A stretch of DNA of 64,000 nt, taken from the NCBI GenBank assembly GCA_963823665.1, contig CAWGMQ010000010.1:2400001-2464000 (forward strand), written 5' to 3'. Below the pieces are notes generated by a model that did no database searches, was not told where the DNA came from, and saw only the letters and a list, made by a program, of their open reading frames with translations. The stretch is from an uncultured Planctomycetota bacterium. GTDB lineage: Bacteria; Planctomycetota; Planctomycetia; Isosphaerales; Isosphaeraceae. Of the stretch, positions 53,675-62,729 are shown piece after piece. Position numbers and translations under genes: made by a program. Each line of letters starts with the position of its first letter. The first letter of the stretch is position 1.

Positions 53675-55633
53675 GTGGAAGCGAACGATGACAACCGCGC
53701 ACACCAACTGGAACTCGCCCTTGCGTACGCAGAGAATATCGTCGCGACTTTGCGAGAGCCATTTGTCGTTCTCGATAACAGCCTGCGGGTTCGCTCGGCC
53801 AACGCGGCCTTCTACCGGAACTTTCATGCCTCGAATCCAGAGACGGAGGGCCGCTTCGTCTACGACTTGGGCAACGGTCAGTGGAACATCCCCCAACTGC
53901 GGACGCTACTCACACAAGTCCTGAGCAACAGCCATCCCGTCGAAGATTTCGAGGTTGAACACGACTTCCCCGCTCTCGGGCGAAGGAACATGCTGCTCAA
54001 CGCCCGCAGATTCCCTCCAGAGAGCAACGACCCGCATTTGGTCCTTCTTGCCATCGAGGACATTACCGACCGCAGGCGGGCCGCAGCCGCCATGGAGCAC
54101 TCCGAAGTCCGGTACCGGCGGTTGTTCGAGATGGCCAAGGACGGCATTTTGATCCTGGACGCCAACACGGGAAAGGTGATCGACGCCAACCCCTTCATGA
54201 CGGCCTTGCTGGGCTACTCGCACGACGATTTCTTGGGCAAGGAACTGTGGGAGATCGGCCTGTTCCGAGACATCAACGAGAGCCGGGCCGTTTACCGCGA
54301 ACTGCAAGAGAAGGGCTACGTCCGCTACGAGAATCTGCCGCTGGAAAACACAAGCGGGCACAAGGTCGAGGTCGAGTTCGTCAGCAACGTCTATGGAGAG
54401 AACAACCACCAGGTCGTTCAATGCAACATCCGCGACATCACCGAACGCAGCCGCCTTCAGCGACTGACGCAAGAGCAAGCGCAGGCACTCGCCGATTTGG
54501 ACCGTCGCAAGGATGAGTTCCTGGCGATGCTCGGCCATGAACTTCGAAACCCGCTTGCCCCCATCCTCAATGCCGTTCTTCTCTTGCGCCTGCACAGCAC
54601 CCGGAATCGTCTACAGGGCATCGAGAACCCGGTACTTCAGCAATCCGCCGGCATCATTGAGCGGCAGGTGGGGCAACTGACACGGATCGTTGATGAATTG
54701 CTCGAAGTCTCTCGCATCACCACGGGCAGGATTCAGCTTCGCCAAGAATCGATCGCCGTCGGCGTCGTGGCGGAAAATGCGGTGGCGACGGTCCGCTCGC
54801 TGATCGAACAACGTAAGCATAAACTGACGGTGTCGCTGCCGACGCAAGCGATCTGGGTGCACGCGGACGCGGCCCGGTTGGAACAGGTCGTCGTGAACCT
54901 CCTCACCAATGCCGCCAAGTACACGGACCGAGGCGGTCACGTCTGGTTGACTTTGCAACAAGAAGGCGCGGACGCGGTGCTGCGTGTGCGGGATACGGGC
55001 GTCGGCATCGCCCCCGAAATACTGCCCCGCATCTTCGACCTGTTCACGCAGGCAGAACGGTCCCTGGATCGCGCGCAAGGCGGGTTGGGTATCGGACTGG
55101 CTCTGGTGCAGCGCCTCGTGGAAATGCACGGCGGATCGGTGGCGGCTTCCAGCACATTGGGACAAGGCAGCGAGTTCGTCGTGCGTCTGCCGGTGACGGC
55201 GCCCCCCCGGCCGCGGGCGTCATCGCCGCCCGCCAAAACGGCCCAGCCGATCGCAACATCCTTGCGAGTGTTGGTGGTGGATGACAACGTGGATACGGTG
55301 ACGACTCTGGCGTTGCTGGCGAAAGAATCCGGCTGCGACGTTCGTACGGCGTACGATGGCTCGACGGTTCTGGAAGCGGCCCTGGATTACCGGCCGGACG
55401 TCGTGCTGTTGGACATCGGATTGCCGGGCCTCAATGGCTATGAGGTAGTGAAGCAGCTCCGTCAGCAGCCCGCTCTTCAGAACATCGTGGTCGTCGCCAT
55501 GACTGGGTACGGCGGGGAGGGTGACGTTCAGCGCTCGTTTGCGGCGGGCTTCGATCACCACTTGGTCAAACCGGGCGATTTCGGGAAAGTGCTGCAAATC
55601 TTGGCGACCGTCTCGGAGTTGCCGGCACGATGA
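53675..55633 (+). CDS. PAS-PAS hybrid histidine kinase
   Basis: Two PAS domains, DEFLAMLGHELRNPL, NLLTNAAKY, GLGIGL, REC VLVVDDN...DIGLP...LVKP. Confidence 0.92.
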   Translation: MEANDDNRAHQLELALAYAENIVATLREPFVVLDNSLRVRSANAAFYRNFHASNPETEGRFVYDLGNGQWNIPQLRTLLTQVLSNSHPVEDFEVEHDFPALGRRNMLLNARRFPPESNDPHLVLLAIEDITDRRRAAAAMEHSEVRYRRLFEMAKDGILILDANTGKVIDANPFMTALLGYSHDDFLGKELWEIGLFRDINESRAVYRELQEKGYVRYENLPLENTSGHKVEVEFVSNVYGENNHQVVQCNIRDITERSRLQRLTQEQAQALADLDRRKDEFLAMLGHELRNPLAPILNAVLLLRLHSTRNRLQGIENPVLQQSAGIIERQVGQLTRIVDELLEVSRITTGRIQLRQESIAVGVVAENAVATVRSLIEQRKHKLTVSLPTQAIWVHADAARLEQVVVNLLTNAAKYTDRGGHVWLTLQQEGADAVLRVRDTGVGIAPEILPRIFDLFTQAERSLDRAQGGLGIGLALVQRLVEMHGGSVAASSTLGQGSEFVVRLPVTAPPRPRASSPPAKTAQPIATSLRVLVVDDNVDTVTTLALLAKESGCDVRTAYDGSTVLEAALDYRPDVVLLDIGLPGLNGYEVVKQLRQQPALQNIVVVAMTGYGGEGDVQRSFAAGFDHHLVKPGDFGKVLQILATVSELPAR

Positions 55634-55842
55634 GAATCCGCGAGAATTCGAGGATACCTGCCAGCCAGCGCCAAGGGGCCCGAACCTCGGGCGGCGTCCC
55701 GCGAGACGTTCTGGTCTCAATAATACCGGTCGCAACACCGGGGACTTGTGTCCTCTTGCCGTAGCGTGCATACTGATGAATGTTCTGCGGGATTCGACAA
55801 GAGACAAGCGCACGTCGGCTCCCGGAAATGACATGATTTGAT

Positions 55843-55952
55843 TTGTCGGATGACTAGACGAAGGGCGGCCGGGCTATTCCGGGTCGTCTGTCGAAGAGTA
55901 AGCCGGCGTGGTCGAGGACCTGAGGGTTTTCGACCACGCCGGCTCTTTTTTT
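55843..55952 (+). ncRNA. Repeated leader/attenuator element, copy 10 (upstream of HPr)
   Basis: TTGTCGGATGACTAGACGAAGGGCGGCCGGG...GAGTAAGCCGGCGTGGTCGA...TCGACCACGCCGGCTCTTTTTTT; weaker promoter match TTGTGT-N17-CATACT at 55746-55774. Confidence 0.85.
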
Positions 55953-56063
55953 CACTCGCGTTTACTCGGCTCGACCCGAGCGCCTTAAGAGGCCAGAATG
56001 CGACGATCCAATTCTGAATCCTCATCCGATCCATCATCCGAAAACGGCTGCGTTCATCCGGGA

Positions 56064-56372
56064 ATGAGCCACGAGATGCCAGTCGCCCGTCGGCAAGTCG
56101 AAATTACGAACCGTCTCGGTCTGCACCTGCGGGCCGCCGATCAGTTCGTCAGGCTCGCTCGAGGGTTCCAGTGTGAGATTCGGGTGCATTACCAGGGCAA
56201 CGCATGCAACGGCAAAAGCATCCTTGAGCTGATGACTTTAGCCGCCGAGTGCGGCGCACGTCTCGACCTGGAGGCGTGCGGGCCCGACGCGGTTGCCGCC
56301 GTCGAGGCTCTGGCCGTTGTGGTCGCGGCTGGATTCTACCAGGACGAGAACGAAAGAGAGCAATCCGCATGA
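56064..56372 (+). CDS. ptsH: HPr family phosphocarrier protein
   Basis: ITNRLGLHLRAA (His15 region) and NGKSILELMTLAA (Ser46 region). Confidence 0.85.
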   Translation: MSHEMPVARRQVEITNRLGLHLRAADQFVRLARGFQCEIRVHYQGNACNGKSILELMTLAAECGARLDLEACGPDAVAAVEALAVVVAAGFYQDENEREQSA

Positions 56373-56518
56373 CGTCCGTGCAACGATGATCTCGCAGATC
56401 CGTGGAACAAGAGATTACAAAAGAATTCACTTGATTTTATCCGACCGCGCGGGACAATGAACATAATCACGGGGCACGCGTGGATTGACATTCGGCTCCG
56501 ATGAAAAGGTGAATCGAA

Positions 56519-56631
56519 GTTGTCGGACGACTAGACAAAGGGCAACCCGGCTTAGTCCGGGGGGCTCGTTCTTGAGTAAGCCGGCGTGGCCGAACCCCTG
56601 TGGGTGTTTGGCCACGCCGGCTTTTTTATTT
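56519..56631 (+). ncRNA. Repeated leader/attenuator element, copy 11 (upstream of DUF1328-yihY)
   Basis: GTTGTCGGACGACTAGACAAAGGGCAACCCGGCTTAGTCCGGGGGGCTCG...GAGTAAGCCGGCGTGGCCGAA...TTTGGCCACGCCGGCTTTTTT; promoter TTGATT-N16-GACAAT at 56431-56458. Confidence 0.85.
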
Positions 56632-56748
56632 CGCTTGCCGAGGCGTTCCAGGCCGCGGACTCGGTGAGGTCGCTCACCATTCGTGGAGCCTGGGCGTGGG
56701 CCCCGCTCGCGATGAGCACCAGTCTTTTTTATGGAAAGAGAGAATCCC

Positions 56749-56919
56749 ATGCTCGGTTGGGCCATAACGTTCGCGATCCTCGCACTGCTCGCCGGCCTCT
56801 TCGGTTTCATGGCTCTTGAAGGCAGCCTCGCCTTGATCGCCAAGGTTTTGCTGTTCGTTTTCCTGGCCTTTTTCGTGATCTCGCTGATCGTTGGCAGGAG
56901 GCGCGGGCTCACTGTTTGA
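56749..56919 (+). CDS. DUF1328 family small membrane protein
   Basis: MLGWAITFAILALLAGLFGF...IAKVLLFVFLAFFVISLI. Confidence 0.85.
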   Translation: MLGWAITFAILALLAGLFGFMALEGSLALIAKVLLFVFLAFFVISLIVGRRRGLTV

Positions 56920-57116
56920 TCTTGGTTGGGGCGAACTCAACCGGCGAAATCCCGCCGCCCAGCTACGCGGGTGAGACCGGCAGGTGAGAACGTTGATTAA
57001 CGTCAACGCTCTCTCCCCGTCGGCCGCGGGAATGGGGCGGCTGAATGGGCCAGGTGAAGGTGCAAACCGGGAAGCCGGTCGCTCCTTCGCCTCCGGCGAG
57101 CGCGTAGGAGCCGCAC

Positions 57117-58034
57117 ATGCAGATCCGCCTCCGCCCGCCCACACCGATGAGTCTCGGCGGCCTCTCCCCGCGCCAGCTCGCCGTGGGAGTCTGGAAACGG
57201 TTGGCGGAACACGACGCCATGACCTGGGCGGCTGCCGTTGGCTTCTACGCGATGCTCGCCGTGGTCCCGTTCCTGGCTCTCGTCCTGGTCGTCGTGGTCT
57301 TGCGACTGCCCGACCTCTCCGGCGCAGGCCACCGGACGATCGGCCTCGGTAACCTCACGGTCGACCAGCTCGAAGCGACGCTCAAGTCATTCTTCCCGAA
57401 CGAAGCCTATGTCCTGGTCAGGGACCAGATCGCACGCATTCAGAGTGAGCCTCCCTTCGCTCTGCTTTCCCTGGGCGGGGCGATCGCGCTCTGGAGTGCG
57501 TCCAGCCTGTTCCTCGTCGTCATCGACGCGCTGAACCGGACCTACGGGGTCAAGGAGACGCGATCGTTCGTGAAGCTCCGGCTCACCGCATTCGCGATGA
57601 CGCTCCTCCAGGCGGCCTGCCTGCTCTCTTCGCTCGTGGCGATCGTCGCCTGGCCGCAGATCCTCCGCGCAATCGGTTTGGACCCGAGCGGTGCCGTCGC
57701 ATGGCTGGCGGCGGCCCTCCGATGGTCTGCCGTCTTCCTGATGGTGCTCCTGAGTTTCGCGCTGACATTCCATGTCGGCCCCGACGTTCGCCATCCCTGG
57801 GCCTGGGTCACGCCGGGAAGCCTGGCAGGAACCATCGCCTTCCTCGTCTTCTGCATCCTTTTCCGTGTCTACGTCCAGAACTTCGGCCGCTACAACCAGT
57901 CGCTCGGAGCGCTGGGTGGGGTCATCGTGCTGCTGTCCTGGTTCTGGGTCGTCGCCCTGGTGCTCCTGGCCGCGGCCGAAATGGATCGAGCGATCGAGGC
58001 TGGCTCCCCGACCGCCAGGTCCCCCGCCGGATGA
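57117..58034 (+). CDS. YihY/BrkB family membrane protein
   Basis: AAAVGFYAMLAVVP, ALWSAS, ALNRTYGVKETR, VTPGS, YN..LGALGGVIVLL.W. Confidence 0.88.
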   Translation: MQIRLRPPTPMSLGGLSPRQLAVGVWKRLAEHDAMTWAAAVGFYAMLAVVPFLALVLVVVVLRLPDLSGAGHRTIGLGNLTVDQLEATLKSFFPNEAYVLVRDQIARIQSEPPFALLSLGGAIALWSASSLFLVVIDALNRTYGVKETRSFVKLRLTAFAMTLLQAACLLSSLVAIVAWPQILRAIGLDPSGAVAWLAAALRWSAVFLMVLLSFALTFHVGPDVRHPWAWVTPGSLAGTIAFLVFCILFRVYVQNFGRYNQSLGALGGVIVLLSWFWVVALVLLAAAEMDRAIEAGSPTARSPAG

Positions 58035-58418
58035 TCGCCCCGACCGATCGCACCGACTCCGAGGGCGCGGACTGCGCGTACACGAACGGACACCCTCTGC
58101 GCCCGAAGTCCGCGGCGTCAGGACCGGCAGGGAGTTCCTGAAATCGCCGACGGGCTCAGCCCAACGGTGTCCACCGTCGGCGCCGCCGTCGCGTTCACCG
58201 TGAGCCCGAACCCCAGGTTGACGAGCACGATCGTCGTCAGGTAGTGGCTGATCCGCTGGCCTATCTCCGCCATGGTCCGGCTCGTTAGTTTGATCTGGCG
58301 CTCGCCGAAGACCTGAACGATCCGTTCAACGGCGTGAAGGTGAGGCGATTTTTTTTCGTTTCCCTCGGTGCGGCGGCGAACTCGTTGTGTCTGCCCCTCA
58401 ATAATCCCGGGATTACCG

Positions 58419-58871
58419 CTAACTCAGAATTGGATCGGCAAGAGCTTCGTTCACGCCAGATGCAGCCCATATCTGCAAAGATGCGGCAACAAGTTGTGAG
58501 TCCTCGTTTGCGTCGATATCGAACACCTTGCCCCACCGCATGCGAATGATGTGAACGCCGTGATTGTGATAGGGTGAGCCATCCGGGAGATCCTGGACTC
58601 CGGACCACCGCATGATGACGGTCGTATTCCAGGGGAAACCCTTCACCCATACATCATGAACCGTGAGTTGCAACGTAGGAGCCAGCCGGCCCAGTCGTTC
58701 AAACCATCGCCCCAGCGCTTCACGATCGTGCCGCTCGCCACCCAGTGCATGATGCCCGCCAAACCGGTGATGAACATCCGGGGTACAACCCTTCAAGATT
58801 GCAGCGTAGTCCTTCCGATTCACTCGTCGCAAGTTTTGTAGGGCAATTCGTTTGACAATCGCGTGATACAT
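58419..58871 (-). CDS. SnoaL/NTF2-like protein
   Basis: DVHHRFGGHHALGGERH...YHNHGVHIIRMRWGKV...EDSQ; GGAGG RBS. Confidence 0.8.
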   Translation of the reverse strand: MYHAIVKRIALQNLRRVNRKDYAAILKGCTPDVHHRFGGHHALGGERHDREALGRWFERLGRLAPTLQLTVHDVWVKGFPWNTTVIMRWSGVQDLPDGSPYHNHGVHIIRMRWGKVFDIDANEDSQLVAASLQIWAASGVNEALADPILS

Positions 58872-59060
58872 GAATACCTCCGTCGAAATCTCGTAAGAGC
58901 GATACTGCTGCCCGTTGGATGTTCGATGCTCCTTTTGTCCCGATTTTGTCCCGACTCCACACGCGCGGCTACTGCTTGCGGTCGCGCCACCAGAAGTCAA
59001 TCGTCGACGAAGACGATCAACGCCCAGAGAGGCCAGACCGAGTGGGCTTTTGCAGCATGC

Positions 59061-60341
59061 TCAGCGCGACGACTTCCCAAACGTCGTTAACAGCCAATTG
59101 AAAGTTGCCGCGTGAACCAGGCTTAAATTGCCTACCTGGCAGTGCTGCGCTCCGCCGGAAGCGCGATCGAATTTCTTGACCGTTACGCTGCGCGCGTTGA
59201 CGAGCGCCGCTTGAAAGTCCGCGGTTTGGTGGGCGGGGATGAAGTGATCCTCTTCCCCTACGAGGATCAATACGTGCTGCCGAATGCGCTCGGCGACGGC
59301 TGCCAGCGTGTAAGGGCCGAACGCTGCTCCCGTCTGCTTCGGCGTTTTCGTGCCCATCGTCCAGCGCGCATTGTTATACGCCCACACGAAATCCGCGCTC
59401 TTCGATAAAACCGGGTCATCCGCCAGGTCAACCACCCGGCGCGCCGTTTCTCCCATATCGAAGCACGTGTCGTAGGAGACAAGCCCGTCAAACCTTTCAT
59501 CGAACGCGGCGGCTCGCGGTGCGAGATAGCCCCCCATGCTCATGCCGATGAGCACCACCTTCCCCGGCTTGGGATGACTGCGTAGAAATTCATCCATGAC
59601 GGCGCGCGTCGGCCGCTCCCATTCCGGCGTGAAGGTGAGGCCATGCCTTCGAAGCGGCTCGCCCTGGCCGGGACCCTCGTAGGCCAAGAAGGAGTAACCA
59701 CGTTCAAGTGCCGCTTTGCCGAACACCAGATAAAGTTCCTCCAAAATCGAGTCGAAGCCCCCGACGAAGACGATCAACGGCTTCCGGTCGGCGCCGTCCG
59801 GTCCGGGCCAATAGAACCCCCGCAGTTCGCCGCCTTCGTATGGTACGGTAATCCGCTCGTAACGGCTCCCGCACGCGGCCAGAGCCTGGCAGAAATACGC
59901 TTTTGTCTTTTCCCACGAAGGTGGCCGTTTTGGATCGTCGGGGAGAAGAAGGAACTCCGCCGTGCGTTGATAATTGTGAGCGCGCATTAAGGCGCCGCTG
60001 TTGCTGATTGGATCCAGCATGCCCTCGGCCGTCCCAGCCACGCGGGCTGCGGTCGCTGACCATGCAGCGTACCAACTCTGGACATCCCCTTCCGTGATGA
60101 GTTTCACAGTTTCCAGAACTTCGCCGGCTTCTGCGCCTCCCGATTGCATGTAGCCCAGCGACCTCAGCGTTTCAAAATGAAAGGTCTGGTTGGTGAAGAA
60201 CCTGCCGTTGCCCGATCGAGCTTCCGGACCGGCGTCGGCCGCAAGTTTTTGCGCTGCTTCTGCAGTGGCTGCTCCGCCATGAACAATCGCCGATTGAGGG
60301 GCGGAATGTGGATTCGTTTTCACTTCAGTCACGGTATTCAT
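59061..60341 (-). CDS. Alpha/beta hydrolase (FrsA/DHPON-hydrolase-like)
   Basis: GGFDS, YEGPGQG, nucleophile GMSMGG, APRAAAF, HCQ. Confidence 0.85.
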   Translation of the reverse strand: MNTVTEVKTNPHSAPQSAIVHGGAATAEAAQKLAADAGPEARSGNGRFFTNQTFHFETLRSLGYMQSGGAEAGEVLETVKLITEGDVQSWYAAWSATAARVAGTAEGMLDPISNSGALMRAHNYQRTAEFLLLPDDPKRPPSWEKTKAYFCQALAACGSRYERITVPYEGGELRGFYWPGPDGADRKPLIVFVGGFDSILEELYLVFGKAALERGYSFLAYEGPGQGEPLRRHGLTFTPEWERPTRAVMDEFLRSHPKPGKVVLIGMSMGGYLAPRAAAFDERFDGLVSYDTCFDMGETARRVVDLADDPVLSKSADFVWAYNNARWTMGTKTPKQTGAAFGPYTLAAVAERIRQHVLILVGEEDHFIPAHQTADFQAALVNARSVTVKKFDRASGGAQHCQVGNLSLVHAATFNWLLTTFGKSSR

Positions 60342-60342
60342 T

Positions 60343-61701
60343 TCAGTTTTCTCCTCTTTTTGAATCGGCCTTTCCTACCATACTATGTTTATTTTTCTTC
60401 TTGAAGACGTCATCCAACCAGTCGAATTCGATCTGGTGCTTGAGGCTTGGGTTATTGAGGTTGCAGTGAATCTCGCCGCCATCCACAAAGCGAATCACAC
60501 GCTCCGTCTTCGGACAGGTCAGCTTCGCGTAGAACTTATGACCTTCACTCGCCACCAACGGCCCTTCGCCCTCGGAGATTATGTACAGCAGGGGGCACGT
60601 AATCTTTCCCTCAAGCCCGGCCAGACTATAACCGCCGAGGCTGTCACAAAAGGCGGCGAGGGACTGCCCGGTCATACCGCATCGGTCCTTGAAGTCCGTC
60701 ACAAAGAGCTTGTTGAGCGGCTCGGAGAGGTCAAGCTTGCTCTCAAGGTCTTTGCCATAGGGCTCATTCGGGTCGAGCTTCACCATGGCCATGAGGATGG
60801 GCTTGCACTCCGGTAGCAGCGAATTAGCGATCACGGCTTTGATGCGATTCTCGTAGGCAGCAGCGCGCGGCGCGAAGTATCCGCCAAAGCTGTGCCCCGA
60901 CAGCGCAAGTCTCTCAGGATCGACATCTTTGCGGGACAGAACATAATCAACCGCGTATCGGGTTGGGACTTCCCAGTCCGGACGATAGGTCAAAGTTGAA
61001 TCCAAGGCGTAAGCGCCGACTTGACCGGGACCTTCCCACAAAAATGCGTTATAGCCACGGCGGACCGCCGCGGCGCCGCCACCCCAGTAATACAGCTCCT
61101 CGCAAGTGGTATCGCCGCCCCCGATGATCATCACGGTCGGACGCGGGCCGCCGATTGCAGAAGCGCGCATGAAATACCCCGGCAACGTCTTCCCGTTTTC
61201 GTAGGGAATGCTGACAGGCTCGATCTGCGGGTCGAACAGCGCCGCAGCTCGCACGAAGCATGATCGGTGGCGCTGGTACATTTCGAGCTGTCTCGGGTCT
61301 TTGCTGTCGAGGTAGAATTGGCCGGTTTTCCAATAGGTGGATGCTCGCAGGAATGCCTCACGAGCACTGACAATATGACCGCCGCTCAGGCAGTCGTGGG
61401 CAATCCGCTCGACCCTCTCTGCGGTTTCACGCCATGCGACATTCCAGCCCTCTAAATCTCCGTCCATGATCCGCCGCGCCGTCGAATACACCTCACCGAC
61501 GGCTCCGCCATCGCCATAGGCGCCAGTGCACATGGCTCTGACGACTTGGTAGTCGAAGTTCGACTTGAAGACTCTTGGCATTCCCGGCGAGTTGCTAAAA
61601 ATGGCTCCGGTTGCCGCCTTCGGTTTTGCCGAGAACACCGTACCTGTCGCTCCACGTTGAACGCTCGTTGATTTAGGATCCGGAAGGGGAATCGTCTTCA
61701 T
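60343..61701 (-). CDS. Alpha/beta hydrolase (paralogue)
   Basis: GGGDT, WEGPGQ, GHSFGG, APRAAAY, HCN. Confidence 0.85.
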   Translation of the reverse strand: MKTIPLPDPKSTSVQRGATGTVFSAKPKAATGAIFSNSPGMPRVFKSNFDYQVVRAMCTGAYGDGGAVGEVYSTARRIMDGDLEGWNVAWRETAERVERIAHDCLSGGHIVSAREAFLRASTYWKTGQFYLDSKDPRQLEMYQRHRSCFVRAAALFDPQIEPVSIPYENGKTLPGYFMRASAIGGPRPTVMIIGGGDTTCEELYYWGGGAAAVRRGYNAFLWEGPGQVGAYALDSTLTYRPDWEVPTRYAVDYVLSRKDVDPERLALSGHSFGGYFAPRAAAYENRIKAVIANSLLPECKPILMAMVKLDPNEPYGKDLESKLDLSEPLNKLFVTDFKDRCGMTGQSLAAFCDSLGGYSLAGLEGKITCPLLYIISEGEGPLVASEGHKFYAKLTCPKTERVIRFVDGGEIHCNLNNPSLKHQIEFDWLDDVFKKKNKHSMVGKADSKRGEN

Positions 61702-61729
61702 TTCAATACCTTCCTTTGCCAAAGGGAAC

Positions 61730-61837
61730 AAAAAAACCGACGCGATTGAACACCTGGAAGGTGTTCAATCACGTCGGCTTACTCTGCAACTAGCCACCCG
61801 GCGAACCGGGGTGCAATTTATTTAGTCGTCCGACGAC
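61730..61837 (-). ncRNA. Repeated leader/attenuator element, copy 12 (upstream of hydrolase-hydrolase-SnoaL)
   Basis: GUCGUCGGACGACUAAAU...CCCGGUUCGCCGGG...GAGUAAGCCGACGUGAUUGAACACC...GGUGUUCAAUCGCGUCGG-U7; promoter TTGCTG-N17-TACGAT at 61913-61885. Confidence 0.8.
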
Positions 61838-62311
61838 CTGTATCCATTGATCATGCAGCAGCCATTAGCTCCCGCACTCTTCGTATCGTAGGACGGTGAC
61901 TGGCGAACAGCAATGGGCAATCTCGAATTTCGGAAAAAAGAGCAAATGCACATACTATTGCAGCCGTGGTGCGGGTTTCCGTAGTGTTATCCGTAAGTCA
62001 TTCCTCCAATGCGACGCGGGCCGACGAGCGTTGTCGCGGTCCCGCGTCGCTGTCTGGCAGCAGTGGCGAGTGTTCACGCGTGCGCATCCGCCGCGTGGCA
62101 ACACGAGCCGGCCTTTTGAGGAGGCGGCTCGTATTCGTCGTGGCGGCGCCACCTGACGCCGGTTCTCGTTACGCCCCTTGGGGGCGCGGTCGAGCCACTG
62201 GTACATGCCCCAGAAGCCGTCCAGTCCGCGCGCATAGACGACCGGATGGGGTCCATCCGCGACTTGCGTTGACTGGCCACGGTGGGGTTCCTGTCCGGGT
62301 TCCGTGAGGAC

Positions 62312-62701
62312 TCAACGGCCCCGGAGCACCAGTCCGGTGATGAGCCCAGCCACCAGGCCGATGCCAAAGGCCGCGATCACTGTCTCCGTCGGGTGGCTGT
62401 GGACCAGACCCTCGGCACTGTCGTACCGTTCGCGGATCTGGTCGCTCGCCTGTTGGGCGTACCGGCCGGCGGCCTCCGACGCATGCGCGACCGCCGATGA
62501 GCCGCGCGAGGTCATATCGGAGAAGAACTTCTCGATCGCCTCACGTTTCTCGCCGGTCTTCTGCTGGATCCGGCCCACGAGTTGCTCGATATTTCCCTCT
62601 AGCGCCTGGAGATCGTCCTCAGTCAACTGGTTCCAGTGCGCCCTTGCCAGGGCGCAGATCTGATTCCAATCTCCGTGAAACGTCTGCACGTGAGTCGCCA
62701 T
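62312..62701 (-). CDS. CsbD-like protein with DUF883/ElaB-type C-terminal anchor
   Basis: GDWNQI...WNQLTEDDL...LVGRIQQKTGE; ...HSHPTETVIAAFGIGLVAGL. Confidence 0.8.
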   Translation of the reverse strand: MATHVQTFHGDWNQICALARAHWNQLTEDDLQALEGNIEQLVGRIQQKTGEKREAIEKFFSDMTSRGSSAVAHASEAAGRYAQQASDQIRERYDSAEGLVHSHPTETVIAAFGIGLVAGLITGLVLRGR

Positions 62702-62729
62702 GATCTTCGATCGAAGGCGCTGCGGCGCC

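Noticed and set aside
24719..61837. Repeated element as CRISPR array, MITE or plain REP
   Set aside because: Copies are dispersed kilobases apart, show no terminal inverted repeats or evident target duplications, and are strictly oriented 5' of genes behind a promoter.
24719..61837. Repeated element as ordinary end-of-gene terminators
   Set aside because: Several copies (3, 8) sit in divergent regions with no upstream co-oriented gene, the U-tract faces the next start codon, and ~60 nt 5' of the hairpin are also conserved.
61896..61910. ZTP riboswitch-like GTGACTGGCGAACAG
   Set aside because: The following GGUGGG...CCACCGGGGAGC and 3' GCCUGGGC parts are absent, and no purine/folate gene follows; it overlaps the minus-strand promoter of copy 12.
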